Of a DNA stretch of 64,000 bases, positions 10,470 to 20,954 are shown in pieces. The translations under genes and the position numbers were made by a program. The stretch is from Sphingobacteriales bacterium (GTDB lineage Bacteria > Bacteroidota > Bacteroidia > Chitinophagales > JADIYW01): contig JADJYT010000002.1 in NCBI GenBank assembly GCA_016719635.1, forward strand, positions 94,076 to 158,075, in the 5' to 3' direction. Every line of letters starts with the position of its first letter. Within the stretch, counting starts at the first letter, position 1. A model generated the notes under the pieces. That model had not been told where the DNA came from. It worked only from the letters and a program-made list of their open reading frames with translations, and did not search any database.

Positions 10470-11108
10470 TCATATTCCCGAAACGGTTTCATCCAGTTTC
10501 TCATTAATAGACAGCCTCAAAGCATTCATGGCATCTTCAAAGCTGATATTGTTATTGACGACAATATCACATTCGGATTTGTAAGGCAGGATATATTTCT
10601 GGTAAGACGGAAAAACATGGTGCTGATAACGGTATAAGACATCTTCAAGCGGGTAATTGCGTTCAATCTTATCACGTTGTATGCGTCGGATAAGTTTGAT
10701 ATGTTCATCCGCATCGATGAAAATCTTTAAATCCATCAGGCTGGACACATCCGCAAAATGGAAAACAAAAATACCTTCAATAACAATTACAGGAGCGGCC
10801 TTATAGGTCACCAGGCCGGGTTCTGCATCCGGATTGTTGTAGGTATATTCTTTTAAAACTACCTCTTCACCGTTCAATAACCGGAGGACATCCTTATGGT
10901 ACTCCCGCTCCCTGAAGGATTCCGGCAAATCGAAATTCTTCTCGTTATTGGCATCCGTCACCTGTTCTTCCCTCGGCTTATAATAATTGTCCTGACTGAG
11001 AATACATACCTGATCCGGTGAGAAACTGCGGGCTAATTCTTTGACAAAAGTGGTCTTGCCGCTGCCGCTGCCTCCGGATATTCCAATAACGAATGGTTTT
11101 TGGTTCAT
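10470..11108 (-). CDS. udk: uridine kinase
   Basis: P-loop '[13 protein letters not shown]', 'DNYY'. The ATG at 11108 ([13 protein letters not shown]) is preferred over 11132. Confidence 0.9.
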   Translation of the reverse strand: MNQKPFVIGISGGSGSGKTTFVKELARSFSPDQVCILSQDNYYKPREEQVTDANNEKNFDLPESFREREYHKDVLRLLNGEEVVLKEYTYNNPDAEPGLVTYKAAPVIVIEGIFVFHFADVSSLMDLKIFIDADEHIKLIRRIQRDKIERNYPLEDVLYRYQHHVFPSYQKYILPYKSECDIVVNNNISFEDAMNALRLSINEKLDETVSGI

Positions 11109-11181
11109 GGTGTTCAAAAAAATGTTTCCCAAAACTAATGAAAGGAAATTATCTTACCTATTTTTAGGGCAAAATTTCACC

Positions 11182-12093
11182 ATGCAACTATTAGACGGCA
11201 AAAAAACAGCAAAAGACATCAGAACGGAAATTGCGGCGGAAGTGAAACAGTTGAAACTAAGCGGTAAAAAAACGCCCCACCTGGCGGCTGTCTTGGTAGG
11301 GGACGACGGTGCCAGTCAGACCTATGTGAACAGCAAGGTAAAATCCTGTGAGGAAGTGGGTTTCAAGTCAACACTGGTAAAATTGAAAAATGATATCACC
11401 GAAAATGAATTGATTACGCAAATCAATTTACTGAACAACGACGATTCGGTGGATGGTTTCATTGTGCAATTACCTTTACCAAAACATATCAGCGAAGAAA
11501 AAATCATATTAAGCATTGCACCGGAGAAAGATGTGGACGGATTCCATCCCATGAATGTGGGCAGAATGACATTGAACCTTCCTTGTTATGTCTCCGCAAC
11601 ACCGAAAGGTATATTAGAACTGCTGAAACGCTATGATATCGAAACAGAAGGAAAGCATTGTGTCATCATTGGCAGAAGCAATATTGTTGGCTTACCCATG
11701 AGTATTTTAATGGCCAGAAAAGGTAAAACCGGCAATTGTACCGTTACCCTTTGCCATTCGAAGACTCAAAACCTGAAAGAAGAGACACGAAGGGCGGATA
11801 TCATCATCGCCGCTTTGGGTAAACCTGAGTTTTTAAAAGCGGACATGGTCAAAGAGGGCGCTGTGGTGATTGATGTCGGCATTACGCGGATAGAAGATAA
11901 AACCAAAAAATCCGGCTACAAGCTGCTGGGCGACGTGGCTTTTGAAGAAGTCAGCAAAAAGTGCAGTTATATCACACCGGTACCGGGTGGTGTGGGTTTA
12001 ATGACAGTAGTCTCCCTGCTGCAAAATACATTAAGTGCGGCAAAAGAAGAATATTACCGGAAAGCTTTGAATTTCAGTGTGGATGATATCTGA
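11182..12093 (+). CDS. folD: bifunctional methylenetetrahydrofolate dehydrogenase/cyclohydrolase
   Basis: '[14 protein letters not shown]', '[13 protein letters not shown]', 'VQLPLP', 'DVDGFHP', 'GRSNIVGLP', 'TPVPGGVG'. The track ORF start at 11041 lies antisense inside udk and is rejected. Confidence 0.95.
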   Translation: MQLLDGKKTAKDIRTEIAAEVKQLKLSGKKTPHLAAVLVGDDGASQTYVNSKVKSCEEVGFKSTLVKLKNDITENELITQINLLNNDDSVDGFIVQLPLPKHISEEKIILSIAPEKDVDGFHPMNVGRMTLNLPCYVSATPKGILELLKRYDIETEGKHCVIIGRSNIVGLPMSILMARKGKTGNCTVTLCHSKTQNLKEETRRADIIIAALGKPEFLKADMVKEGAVVIDVGITRIEDKTKKSGYKLLGDVAFEEVSKKCSYITPVPGGVGLMTVVSLLQNTLSAAKEEYYRKALNFSVDDI

Positions 12094-12861
12094 TTATAAA
12101 GCAGGATGCTTTACTATAAAATACGGATTCAATAAATTTTCACGATTATATAGCAGCGGTTGATGGTTATCAAACCTTAAAACCTCTGCACCTGCTTCGG
12201 TCGCTACGATTTGCCCGGCGCAGGTATCCCATTCCATCGTTGGTCCCAGGCGCGGGTAGACATCCGCTTTTCCTTCCGCCAGCAAACAAAACTTAAGCGA
12301 ACTCCCGGCTGCCACAAAATCTACATTCGTAAATTTTAATTTCTGTTGGTCAACATACTCCAGTAATTCCGGTGTTTGATGAGAACGACTGCCCACTATT
12401 TTAAGCACACCGCCTTCCGCCAAGGTTCGTATTTTCAAGGGGGCAGTTACCCCATTTTCTATTTTGAAACTGCCCTTATCTTTTTCTGCAAAGTAAGTGA
12501 TATTCTGAGCCGGAACATGCACCACGCCCAGTATCGGCTCACCATTTTCCACCAATGCGATATTAACGGTAAACTCTCCGTTCTTTTTGATAAATTCCTT
12601 TGTTCCATCCAACGGATCTACTATCCAGCATCTTATCCAGTTTTTGCGGACAGCATAATCAATCAGTTTATTTTCTTCTGAAATAATCGGAATAGTGACA
12701 TCTAAGGCCGACAAGCCGTTTACAATAATATCATTCGCATTTTTGTCGGCAATTGTTAACGGTGAATTGTCGCTTTTCAGTTCGACAGAAAAATCATCCT
12801 TATAAATATCCAGTATGGCATCACCGGCCTGAAGGGCAATAGAAATAACAGATTGAATCAT
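12094..12861 (-). CDS. cysQ: 3'(2'),5'-bisphosphate nucleotidase
   Basis: 'WIVDPLDGTKEF' and 'EWDTCAGQ' inositol-monophosphatase-family motifs. 255 aa. The start overlaps the rfbC stop by 1 nt. Confidence 0.85.
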   Translation of the reverse strand: MIQSVISIALQAGDAILDIYKDDFSVELKSDNSPLTIADKNANDIIVNGLSALDVTIPIISEENKLIDYAVRKNWIRCWIVDPLDGTKEFIKKNGEFTVNIALVENGEPILGVVHVPAQNITYFAEKDKGSFKIENGVTAPLKIRTLAEGGVLKIVGSRSHQTPELLEYVDQQKLKFTNVDFVAAGSSLKFCLLAEGKADVYPRLGPTMEWDTCAGQIVATEAGAEVLRFDNHQPLLYNRENLLNPYFIVKHPAL

Positions 12862-13421
12862 CAGACAGAATAAGTAAAATTAAAACTGGCAGTTTCAGCA
12901 AACGGGTTTTGCATGTCTTTCTCACTCAGGATAATATCCTGTTGCGGAATCATCCAGTCAATATTCAAGGCCGGATCGTTGTATGCAATACCTCCTTCGG
13001 AGGCCTTATCGTAATAATTATCGCATTTATATAAGAACTCACATGTTTCGGACAGTACTGCAAATCCATGGGCAAACCCTTTTGGAATCAGCAGTTGCAA
13101 TTTATTCTCCGCTGACAATTCCAGGGCGAAGTGTTGTAAAAATGTAGGTGAACCTCTTCGGATATCCACCACCACATCCAGCACTTTCCCTTGTGTTACC
13201 CGCACTAATTTTGTTTGAGCTGCAGGATTATTCTGATAGTGCAACCCTCTTAAAACACCATAGGATGACTTGGAATGATTATCCTGGATAAAGTCATAGT
13301 TCAGTCCGGCTTCCTGCATTTTTTTTGCATTATAGCTTTCATAAAAGAAACCTCTGTTATCAGCAAAAACAGCAGGTTCAATAATAAATAAATCAGGTAA
13401 GGGGGTGGGTAATACTTTCAT
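12861..13421 (-). CDS. rfbC: dTDP-4-dehydrorhamnose 3,5-epimerase
   Basis: 'DNRGFFYESY', 'LRGLHYQ', 'GFAHGF'. Confidence 0.93.
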   Translation of the reverse strand: MKVLPTPLPDLFIIEPAVFADNRGFFYESYNAKKMQEAGLNYDFIQDNHSKSSYGVLRGLHYQNNPAAQTKLVRVTQGKVLDVVVDIRRGSPTFLQHFALELSAENKLQLLIPKGFAHGFAVLSETCEFLYKCDNYYDKASEGGIAYNDPALNIDWMIPQQDIILSEKDMQNPFAETASFNFTYSV

Positions 13422-13436
13422 CTTAAGGAATCCGCT

Positions 13437-14540
13437 TTATTGTTTTGTACTTACGCTTTTGATCAGATTTTTGATATTTTTCCAGTAATGTCTCTTGAAA
13501 TACACAGCAAGCACAATCATAATATCGATTATAATCCCGAACATCATGTAAGTGATCAGCTGACTTCTGGTAGAGACCATATTTACTGCCAACGGCAAAT
13601 GCGGTTCATCAATAGTCTGGAATAACGGCATGATTGACTGCAGGTTTGTTTTTGAACCTTCCAGTGCAGTTGCGGTTTGAGCATAAAGCCCTTCTAACAA
13701 TCCTTTATTTCTGATATACCTTGTTTCATTCAGGTCAGCCTTGTATGTAACAAGGTTATTGGCTTTGTCTTTATAGTCCGCCAGGTTATATTCCGAATTT
13801 TCCAGCTGCGCCTTCACATACGCCAGTTTCTCTTCCAGGAAGTCCACCGTTATTTTAGCTTTTCTGGTTGCCCGTTCGATATAATAGTCCGTTAGGTTAT
13901 CATAGAAACACTCACACAATAATTTTGAAAATTCCTCATCGCCTGTAGTAACAGTAATGGAATATATTTCCGCTTCGTTATAATCAACGGATACCATACC
14001 CCTGATACCTCCTAAAATACCCTTAAACACCAGATAATCCTGGATACTCATATCTTTTACGGTGATTAATTCCTTAAAATAGCTTGTCTTGTATCCGGAA
14101 TAGAGGCGCAGGTAATGATTCGCCAGAAAATCTTCTCTTCCTTTAAAGACAATCTTTTTAAAGACCATCTTGGAACCTACTTTTTCGGTAAAGGCATATT
14201 CTTTCAATTTCTTAGGATTGGCAAAACTGGAGTTGGTGGTTTGAAGCAGGTTAGAAAATGACCCCCCTCCACCGGGCACCTGCGGTCGTTCTTCCGAGAG
14301 GAAAAAGGTAATCTTGGCTGTATAAGTAGGTTTTACCTGCTTCCCTTTGTAATAGCCATACAAGGACATCAGAATAATGGGAATAACAAGAAGAAACGCT
14401 AACTTACCAACGATGGAAAAGAACTCCTTCAAGAATGCAATAAATAAAATCAGCCCCTGATCTTTGGTTTCAGGTACCGTTTCATTTTCTCTTTTCTCAG
14501 CAGGAGGAGTTATGACGTCCGTTTCTTCGTTGTTTTCCAT
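13437..14540 (-). CDS. polysaccharide chain-length determinant (Wzz-like) protein
   Basis: N-terminal and C-terminal TM helices flank a coiled-coil-like periplasmic region. Located next to the export gene. Confidence 0.65.
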   Translation of the reverse strand: MENNEETDVITPPAEKRENETVPETKDQGLILFIAFLKEFFSIVGKLAFLLVIPIILMSLYGYYKGKQVKPTYTAKITFFLSEERPQVPGGGGSFSNLLQTTNSSFANPKKLKEYAFTEKVGSKMVFKKIVFKGREDFLANHYLRLYSGYKTSYFKELITVKDMSIQDYLVFKGILGGIRGMVSVDYNEAEIYSITVTTGDEEFSKLLCECFYDNLTDYYIERATRKAKITVDFLEEKLAYVKAQLENSEYNLADYKDKANNLVTYKADLNETRYIRNKGLLEGLYAQTATALEGSKTNLQSIMPLFQTIDEPHLPLAVNMVSTRSQLITYMMFGIIIDIMIVLAVYFKRHYWKNIKNLIKSVSTKQ

Positions 14541-14547
14541 CTCTTGC

Positions 14548-17136
14548 CTATTTATTGGTATTTCTCACAGTTAAGAAAAGTAAATAAAGCGTCAGGACAG
14601 AAGATATGGCTGAAATGGTAGCCGTTAAAATCTTCTGAAGCTTTTGTCCCGCTTCTCCGCTAGATACCCTTGTCCTATCCTTTTTAATTTTAGCCTCCTT
14701 GGAAGGTATCACTATCGTAGATCCTTTTTCTACCTTAGGGTAATTTTTTCCAAACATGGAACGGCGCGTTCCCAGTATTTGTCCGTTTGGACGGATAACA
14801 TAGGTTTTCAATCTGTATGCGCTATCACTAAAGCCAGCGCCATATTTATAGATATAATATTTGGCGTCTTTTCCTTCCGTAAAGGGCACATACAAGTGTT
14901 CCGGTTTTTTCTCCGTAGGGTAATTAAATTGTCCTTTTAAAGCCACTAAGTCCTTGATTGCGGGCACATCTATTACATCCCCCTTCTTAAGCACATAGTT
15001 AAACTTGGATGTTTTGTATTTGATAGCCTTTGAAACATCCGTCAGGATATCGCCTATCCCGTCTTCTGTCCGATACAACCGGGCGCCGTCTGCATAAGCA
15101 AAGCGTGTGAGACCACCTGCACGTTCAATGACAGAAGACAATCGTTCGTCTTTTGTTGTCAGCACGTAATCACCGGGGTAAAGCACCTCTCCTTTAATCG
15201 TTACCTTCATCTGATATTCAAACTCCGGAGTTGGCCGAACGTAAATCTGGTCATAAGGTTGCAGTTTGATGGAATTTGCAACCGGGTCTTTTCCGATATT
15301 TTTACTGATACTGTAATTGAGTATGGTCACCTGAGTAGGTACCGACTGGGAAATGGCCTTATCGTAGTTTGCTATCCGTGCAATCTCAATTCTGTTTGAT
15401 GCCGCTTCCATTTTAAAGCCTTGTGCCAGAATCAACGCATCTGCCAGTGTCATACTTTCCATGTATGGGAATGTGTCCGTTTTGCGCACCATTCCGTTGA
15501 CTTCCACATAATATCTGTCAATTCTTCTTAAATCTTTCAGTACATAAATCTTGTCCCGTTTCTTGAGTTTAAACGTATCCATCGACAGGTAATTATCTGT
15601 GGTATCTATCTTAAAGGATATCAGTTTTTCCGTTAAGTCATCATTGACCCGATAGATGATGACTATCTCCAATACATCCCTGAATGTCAGCAACATGTTG
15701 TCTTCAGAAGTTTTATCTTCGATCACTCTGTTTAAATCAATTTTGAAGGAGTGCTTTCTGAAATCATCAAAATTCGTTCTGATCAAGTAAGCTTCCTCCA
15801 AATAGGCATCTTCTTTTAATCCTTGTGCTTTTGTAATTAAATCCCAAACCCTGTCGCCTTCCTGCCATTGATATCTTCCCGGCAGCAATACAGACCCTAA
15901 AATCTCATTGTAGTTCTTAATCTTTTCTGGAATAGAACGAACGCCGATGACATCTCCATTCTTTAATTCAATCTTGCCGCCCACAATTCGGATACTGTCA
16001 AGATTATAATCTATCAGAATTTGTTTGTTTTCTTCGAAACGCCTTATCTGAACCACTTTTGTAAATGCATCCGGTTTGTAATTCCCGCAAAACTTCAGGA
16101 GGTCTTCGAATGTTTCTCCGGGCAGCATTTCATATTTCCCTTCGCGGTTTACGGCACCTTCCACCTTCACAATATTCTTTTGTGCCGGCACGTATATATA
16201 GTCGTTGTTGTCCAGGAAGATATCATCTTGCTTTTCGGGTGTAAACAAGAATTTGTACAAGTCGAATTTCCGGATAATTTTTCCGTCGCGTTTGATTTGT
16301 ATATCTCTGACGGAGCCTGATTTCGAAGGGCCGCCTACATAAGCCAGAATGTTGTAAGCCGTATTGATGGCGGGAAAGGTATACGAACCCGGGTTTTCTA
16401 CATCACCGACAACATTGATGGTTATAACGCGTGAATAGTTGATGGATACATCAAAATCTGATTTATCAATCATATAGGCATTTGCAAAACGGGTCTTTAA
16501 TAATTCTTTAGCCTGTAGTAACGTCAAACCTTTTAAGTAAACACGTCCGATATTTTCCTGTTGGATATACCCGTCCTTATCAATATAAAATAGGCGGTTA
16601 TAGTCCGCATAACCCCAAATGGAAACAACGATCTGGTCACCGACACCCAGTATATAATTGGAGGGTGGTTTAATATCCACGGCATTATTAAATATCTTCA
16701 CATCTTTTTGGCGGAAATAGGTAAACCCGTAAATATCCACCGTATCTAACCTGGCTCTTAATTCCCTTGTCGCTGTTGCCGTAATCTTCTCCACCGTTTC
16801 GGAAGCCTTTTGGGCTTCCTTTAATAATTTATCCGGCGTATTGATATTACCTTTTACCTCATTGGCATTGGTTGCATTACCCAATGATCCGGCCTGTTCA
16901 TCCGCATCTTTCGATCTTGGATTAAACCCTTTTGCAATATCCTGCGATTTTTTTGTTTCCTCCACCTTGATTTCCCCTTGTTTTATCTGAAGGGTATCTT
17001 CAATCTTCTTGAAAATATCCTTTATAGACGGCTCAGGATTGGCTGGCGGGATAAACGGTATGATCAGCTGTGCATTGCCTATCGAAAAGCAAAAAAGCAA
17101 TCCACTTAAAATCACTATCTTTTTTATCATTTTCAT
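14548..17136 (-). CDS. polysaccharide export outer-membrane protein (Wza family with several SLBB-like repeats)
   Basis: 862 aa with a signal peptide. Repeated 'GDVI.V/GDYV..' soluble-ligand-binding beta-grasp-like units. C-terminal TM segment. Confidence 0.75.
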   Translation of the reverse strand: MKMIKKIVILSGLLFCFSIGNAQLIIPFIPPANPEPSIKDIFKKIEDTLQIKQGEIKVEETKKSQDIAKGFNPRSKDADEQAGSLGNATNANEVKGNINTPDKLLKEAQKASETVEKITATATRELRARLDTVDIYGFTYFRQKDVKIFNNAVDIKPPSNYILGVGDQIVVSIWGYADYNRLFYIDKDGYIQQENIGRVYLKGLTLLQAKELLKTRFANAYMIDKSDFDVSINYSRVITINVVGDVENPGSYTFPAINTAYNILAYVGGPSKSGSVRDIQIKRDGKIIRKFDLYKFLFTPEKQDDIFLDNNDYIYVPAQKNIVKVEGAVNREGKYEMLPGETFEDLLKFCGNYKPDAFTKVVQIRRFEENKQILIDYNLDSIRIVGGKIELKNGDVIGVRSIPEKIKNYNEILGSVLLPGRYQWQEGDRVWDLITKAQGLKEDAYLEEAYLIRTNFDDFRKHSFKIDLNRVIEDKTSEDNMLLTFRDVLEIVIIYRVNDDLTEKLISFKIDTTDNYLSMDTFKLKKRDKIYVLKDLRRIDRYYVEVNGMVRKTDTFPYMESMTLADALILAQGFKMEAASNRIEIARIANYDKAISQSVPTQVTILNYSISKNIGKDPVANSIKLQPYDQIYVRPTPEFEYQMKVTIKGEVLYPGDYVLTTKDERLSSVIERAGGLTRFAYADGARLYRTEDGIGDILTDVSKAIKYKTSKFNYVLKKGDVIDVPAIKDLVALKGQFNYPTEKKPEHLYVPFTEGKDAKYYIYKYGAGFSDSAYRLKTYVIRPNGQILGTRRSMFGKNYPKVEKGSTIVIPSKEAKIKKDRTRVSSGEAGQKLQKILTATISAISSVLTLYLLFLTVRNTNK

Positions 17137-17208
17137 TGTATGTTATTTCTTTTATTTGGATACATTTAAAGCCATTCGTCATGAAAACAGGTCATTCTTT
17201 AAGTCATA

Positions 17209-18261
17209 TCAAGCCAATTCGTATTGTTTTTTATAATAATTCAGATACTCGCCGGATGTAACATGCTTCAGCCATTCTTCATTTGCCAAATACCAGTCGA
17301 CCGTTTTTTTCAGCCCATCTTCAAAGACCAATGACGGCTTCCAGCCGAGTTCGTTCTCCAGTTTGGATGCATCTATGGCATATCGCTTATCGTGTCCTGG
17401 TCTGTCTTTTACATAAGTTATCAACTGCTCAGAAGTACCCTCCGGACGGTTCAGCTTATGATCCATTATCCTACACAGCAACCTTATCAGGTCGATATTC
17501 TGCCATTCGTTAAATCCGCCGATATTGTAGGTCTCCCCTACCTTTCCTTTGTGGTAGATAACATCAATCGCGACAGCATGATCCTCTACAAACAACCAGT
17601 CTCTGGTATAATCACCTTTGCCATATACCGGAAGAGATTGGTTGTTACTGATATTATTGATGAATAGCGGTATCAATTTTTCCGGAAACTGATAGGAGCC
17701 GTAATTATTGGAACAATTGGAAATAACCACAGGCAAATCATAAGTATTGTTATACGCTCTTACAAAATGGTCGGAACTGGCTTTTGACGCAGAATACGGC
17801 GAACGTGGGTCATAGGATGTTTCTTCTGTAAATAATCCTGTTTCACCCAAACTGCCATAAACTTCATCCGTGGAAACATGGTAAAATATTTTTCCTTCAA
17901 AATTTCCTTTCCAGCTTTCCCTGGCTGCATTCAGCAAATTAACCGTCCCCACCACGTTCGTCATGATAAATTCAAGCGGATTCAGGATAGACCTGTCTAC
18001 ATGCGATTCTGCTGCCAGATGGATAACGCCGTCAAATGCATATTTACAGAACAGATTCCTGACGTGCTCCGCATCCACGATATCAATTTTCTCAAACGTA
18101 TAATTGGGTTTGTCCTCGATATCCCTCAGGTTTTCAAGATTCCCTGCATAAGTCAGCTTATCCAGATTCACAATGTTGTAATCCGGATATTTATTGACAA
18201 ACAGCCTCACAACGTGTGACCCGATAAATCCTGCTCCTCCGGTAATCAAAATTGTCTTCAT
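17209..18261 (-). CDS. rfbB: dTDP-glucose 4,6-dehydratase
   Basis: 'ILITGGAGFIGSH', 'HVSTDEVYG', 'YSASKASSD'. Confidence 0.95.
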   Translation of the reverse strand: MKTILITGGAGFIGSHVVRLFVNKYPDYNIVNLDKLTYAGNLENLRDIEDKPNYTFEKIDIVDAEHVRNLFCKYAFDGVIHLAAESHVDRSILNPLEFIMTNVVGTVNLLNAARESWKGNFEGKIFYHVSTDEVYGSLGETGLFTEETSYDPRSPYSASKASSDHFVRAYNNTYDLPVVISNCSNNYGSYQFPEKLIPLFINNISNNQSLPVYGKGDYTRDWLFVEDHAVAIDVIYHKGKVGETYNIGGFNEWQNIDLIRLLCRIMDHKLNRPEGTSEQLITYVKDRPGHDKRYAIDASKLENELGWKPSLVFEDGLKKTVDWYLANEEWLKHVTSGEYLNYYKKQYELA

Positions 18262-18265
18262 ATCC

Positions 18266-19573
18266 TTATAATGTCCAATGCTGTAAATTGGATATTTTTG
18301 ATGTGTACATATTCTTTATATCGACTAAAATAGCATCTTTATTTGCTAAGTTACTAAAATAATTTTCATCCAGTTGTTTATAAGCATCATGAGAAACGGC
18401 CACTATGATGACATCGTATTTCCCTGATGTGTCTTTTTTCAGTTCAACGCCATATTCTTCATGCACTTCCCAGGCATCGGCCATCACATCTACCATTTCA
18501 ACATCCATATGGAATTCCTTCAATTCATTGTAGAGATTAAACACCTTGGAATTTCGGATATCCGTCACATTCTCCTTAAAAGTAGCCCCCATGATCAAGG
18601 CTCTGCACTGAGATGGGTTTTTTCCTTTTCCCAGCAAAAACTGCACCACTTTCTTCGCTATATAATTCGGCATACCATCATTGATGTTTCTGCCGCTAAG
18701 GATGATTTGAGGTTTATATCCCAGTTCGTTGGATTTATAAGTTAAATAATATGGGTCCACTCCTATGCAATGTCCGCCCACCAAACCAGGCTGAAACTTC
18801 AGGAAATTCCATTTAGTTCCTGCCGCTTCCAATACGTCGTAGGTATTGATATCCATTAAATTGAAAATCTGGGAGAGCTCATTCATCAGGGCGATATTCA
18901 AATCCCTTTGTGTATTTTCAATCACTTTAGCAGCCTCCGCCACTTTGATGGAAGCTGCTTTATAGACACCCGGCTCGATAATGGAACCATAAACCGCCGC
19001 AATATTTTCCAGCGATTCTCCATCACAACCGGAAACGATCTTGGTGATCTTTGTTAAAGTATGCAGTGTATCACCCGGATTGATTCGCTCGGGGGAATAG
19101 CCCACTTTGAAATCTTCTTTATATTTTAATCCGGAAAGCTCTTCAATAACAGGGACACAATCTTCTTCCGTACAGCCGGGGTATACCGTTGACTCAAAGA
19201 CCACATAATCTCCTTTCTTGATAACTTTTCCGATCGTTCTGGAAGCACCGGTCAACGGCTTTAAATCCGGCACATTATGTTCATCCACCGGCGTTGGAAC
19301 CGCTACGATGAAGAAAGTTGCTTTTTTCAGAACATCATTATCGGCGGTAAAAACAATATCACAACCTTCAAAGGCAGAAGCAGGCAGTTCGTTGCTGGGA
19401 TCCATATGATTGGACATCATTTCCACCCTTTTTTCATTGATATCAAAGCCAATGACTTTGAATTTTTTAGCTAATTCGAGGGCAATGGGCAACTCGACAT
19501 ACCCCAGGCCCAATACGCCTATTATCTTCTCTTTTCGGGTAAATAAATCTAAATATTGCTGTTCGTGTGACAT
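18266..19573 (-). CDS. nucleotide-sugar dehydrogenase (UDP-GlcNAc/UDP-ManNAc 6-dehydrogenase-like; TviB/WbpO/CapL type)
   Basis: Rossmann 'IGVLGLGYV', catalytic region 'GLVGGHCIGVDPYY'. The ATG at 19573 (MSHEQQ) is preferred. Confidence 0.85.
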   Translation of the reverse strand: MSHEQQYLDLFTRKEKIIGVLGLGYVELPIALELAKKFKVIGFDINEKRVEMMSNHMDPSNELPASAFEGCDIVFTADNDVLKKATFFIVAVPTPVDEHNVPDLKPLTGASRTIGKVIKKGDYVVFESTVYPGCTEEDCVPVIEELSGLKYKEDFKVGYSPERINPGDTLHTLTKITKIVSGCDGESLENIAAVYGSIIEPGVYKAASIKVAEAAKVIENTQRDLNIALMNELSQIFNLMDINTYDVLEAAGTKWNFLKFQPGLVGGHCIGVDPYYLTYKSNELGYKPQIILSGRNINDGMPNYIAKKVVQFLLGKGKNPSQCRALIMGATFKENVTDIRNSKVFNLYNELKEFHMDVEMVDVMADAWEVHEEYGVELKKDTSGKYDVIIVAVSHDAYKQLDENYFSNLANKDAILVDIKNMYTSKISNLQHWTL

Positions 19574-19696
19574 TTTACGAGTACGAAATGGCAAAAATAC
19601 GAATTTTTCAGTTAAATATTTCAGTATAAACGGTTAACAAATAATAAGTTTGCCTTAATTTCCGATAGTCCGCCTATAAGCCTAATTTTGTGAAAT

Positions 19697-20917
19697 ATGG
19701 GATTCTGTTACTCGATTCTAATTCAATGTTACCATTTGGCCATCCGTTTTGCAGCGCTTTTTAGCAAAAAAGCCCGAAATTGGCTGGATGTAAGAAAGAA
19801 TTGGCAGGAAGAATTATTCGAAAAAACGACCCCACACAGCAGCTATTGTTGGGTCCATTGTGCCTCTGCCGGTGAATTTGAACAGGCCATCCCTCTCCTT
19901 CAATCATTAAAATCAACGGATAATTCTCTAAAAACAGCTGTCAGTTTTTTTTCTGCTTCCGGATTTGAACTTTATAAAAACTCCGGTAAAGCCGACCTGT
20001 TTTTTCATTTCCCCATTGACACCAAAGAAAATGCGTGCAGGTTGATTCAGCTTCTTCGTCCTGTTTTTGTATTATTTATCCGCAATGAAATCTGGTGGAA
20101 TACACTCTCACAACTCAAAACAAAAGAGATTCCTGCTTTTTTAGTTAATGCGCCGAATTGGCAGAAACGGTCACTTATCTACCAAAAATACCTGGACAGG
20201 TCCTATCCGCTTTTTACAAAAATATTCGACACTTCCACTTATGGGGATACCAAACTGGAGCAGGTATTGGCAAACAGAAATGAAGCTTTTGCTGATTCTG
20301 TTTTAGAGGATTTTTGCAAAGATGCGGAAGTCATACTTGTTGGAAGCAGCTGGCAAACGGAAGAGTCCTATATCGCTTCCTTCTATCAGTCACACCGCAC
20401 TGAATTTCCAAATCTAAAAATCATTCTTGCTCCGCATGACTATGACGAATACAAAGCGGTGGAATTAAGGAAATTATTTTCTGCCGGTCAGGCAGCTGAC
20501 ATGGATGATGTGGCTCTATACAGTTCATTTATCCATAAAAACAACAATCCGCGAATTCTGTTTCTGGATAAAAAAGGGATTCTAAAATATGCCTACCGGT
20601 TTGCGGCAATCGCTTTTATTGGTGGCGGTTTTGACAAAACGGTTCATAATGTTGCAGAGGCTGCCGTATACGGTATTCCGACAACATTTGGCCCTAACTT
20701 CATAAAGTTCGAAGAAATTGTCAGTTTAACAAACCAGCACATTGCTTTTCCGGTCAGCAATTACGAGACATTGGAAGATACTTTGCTTGAATGGCTTTTA
20801 GATCATAAAAAACTGACCGAAATAAACAGCGGGCTGAGTATCTATTTTGAGCAACAATTAATGACCTCCGGACGTATTATTGCCGAAATTTTAGCACAAA
20901 AAAATTCCCGCCGGTAG
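19697..20917 (+). CDS. waaA: 3-deoxy-D-manno-octulosonic-acid transferase
   Basis: 'WVHCASAGEFEQAIPLL' is a KdtA-like motif. 406 aa with a C-terminal GT-B-like region. Confidence 0.8.
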   Translation: MGFCYSILIQCYHLAIRFAALFSKKARNWLDVRKNWQEELFEKTTPHSSYCWVHCASAGEFEQAIPLLQSLKSTDNSLKTAVSFFSASGFELYKNSGKADLFFHFPIDTKENACRLIQLLRPVFVLFIRNEIWWNTLSQLKTKEIPAFLVNAPNWQKRSLIYQKYLDRSYPLFTKIFDTSTYGDTKLEQVLANRNEAFADSVLEDFCKDAEVILVGSSWQTEESYIASFYQSHRTEFPNLKIILAPHDYDEYKAVELRKLFSAGQAADMDDVALYSSFIHKNNNPRILFLDKKGILKYAYRFAAIAFIGGGFDKTVHNVAEAAVYGIPTTFGPNFIKFEEIVSLTNQHIAFPVSNYETLEDTLLEWLLDHKKLTEINSGLSIYFEQQLMTSGRIIAEILAQKNSRR

Positions 20918-20954
20918 GGCGGGAATAGAGCGTGTTTTTATAAGATTCCGACTT

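Noticed and set aside
11041-11181. N-terminal extension of folD in the ORF track
   Set aside because: The extension is antisense to the udk P-loop region. FolD homology starts at MQLLDGKK (11182).
12094-13421. Translational coupling of rfbC and cysQ as a hint of a sulfated polysaccharide pathway
   Set aside because: No sulfotransferase or PAPS-synthesis gene is present in the window, and adjacency alone is too weak.
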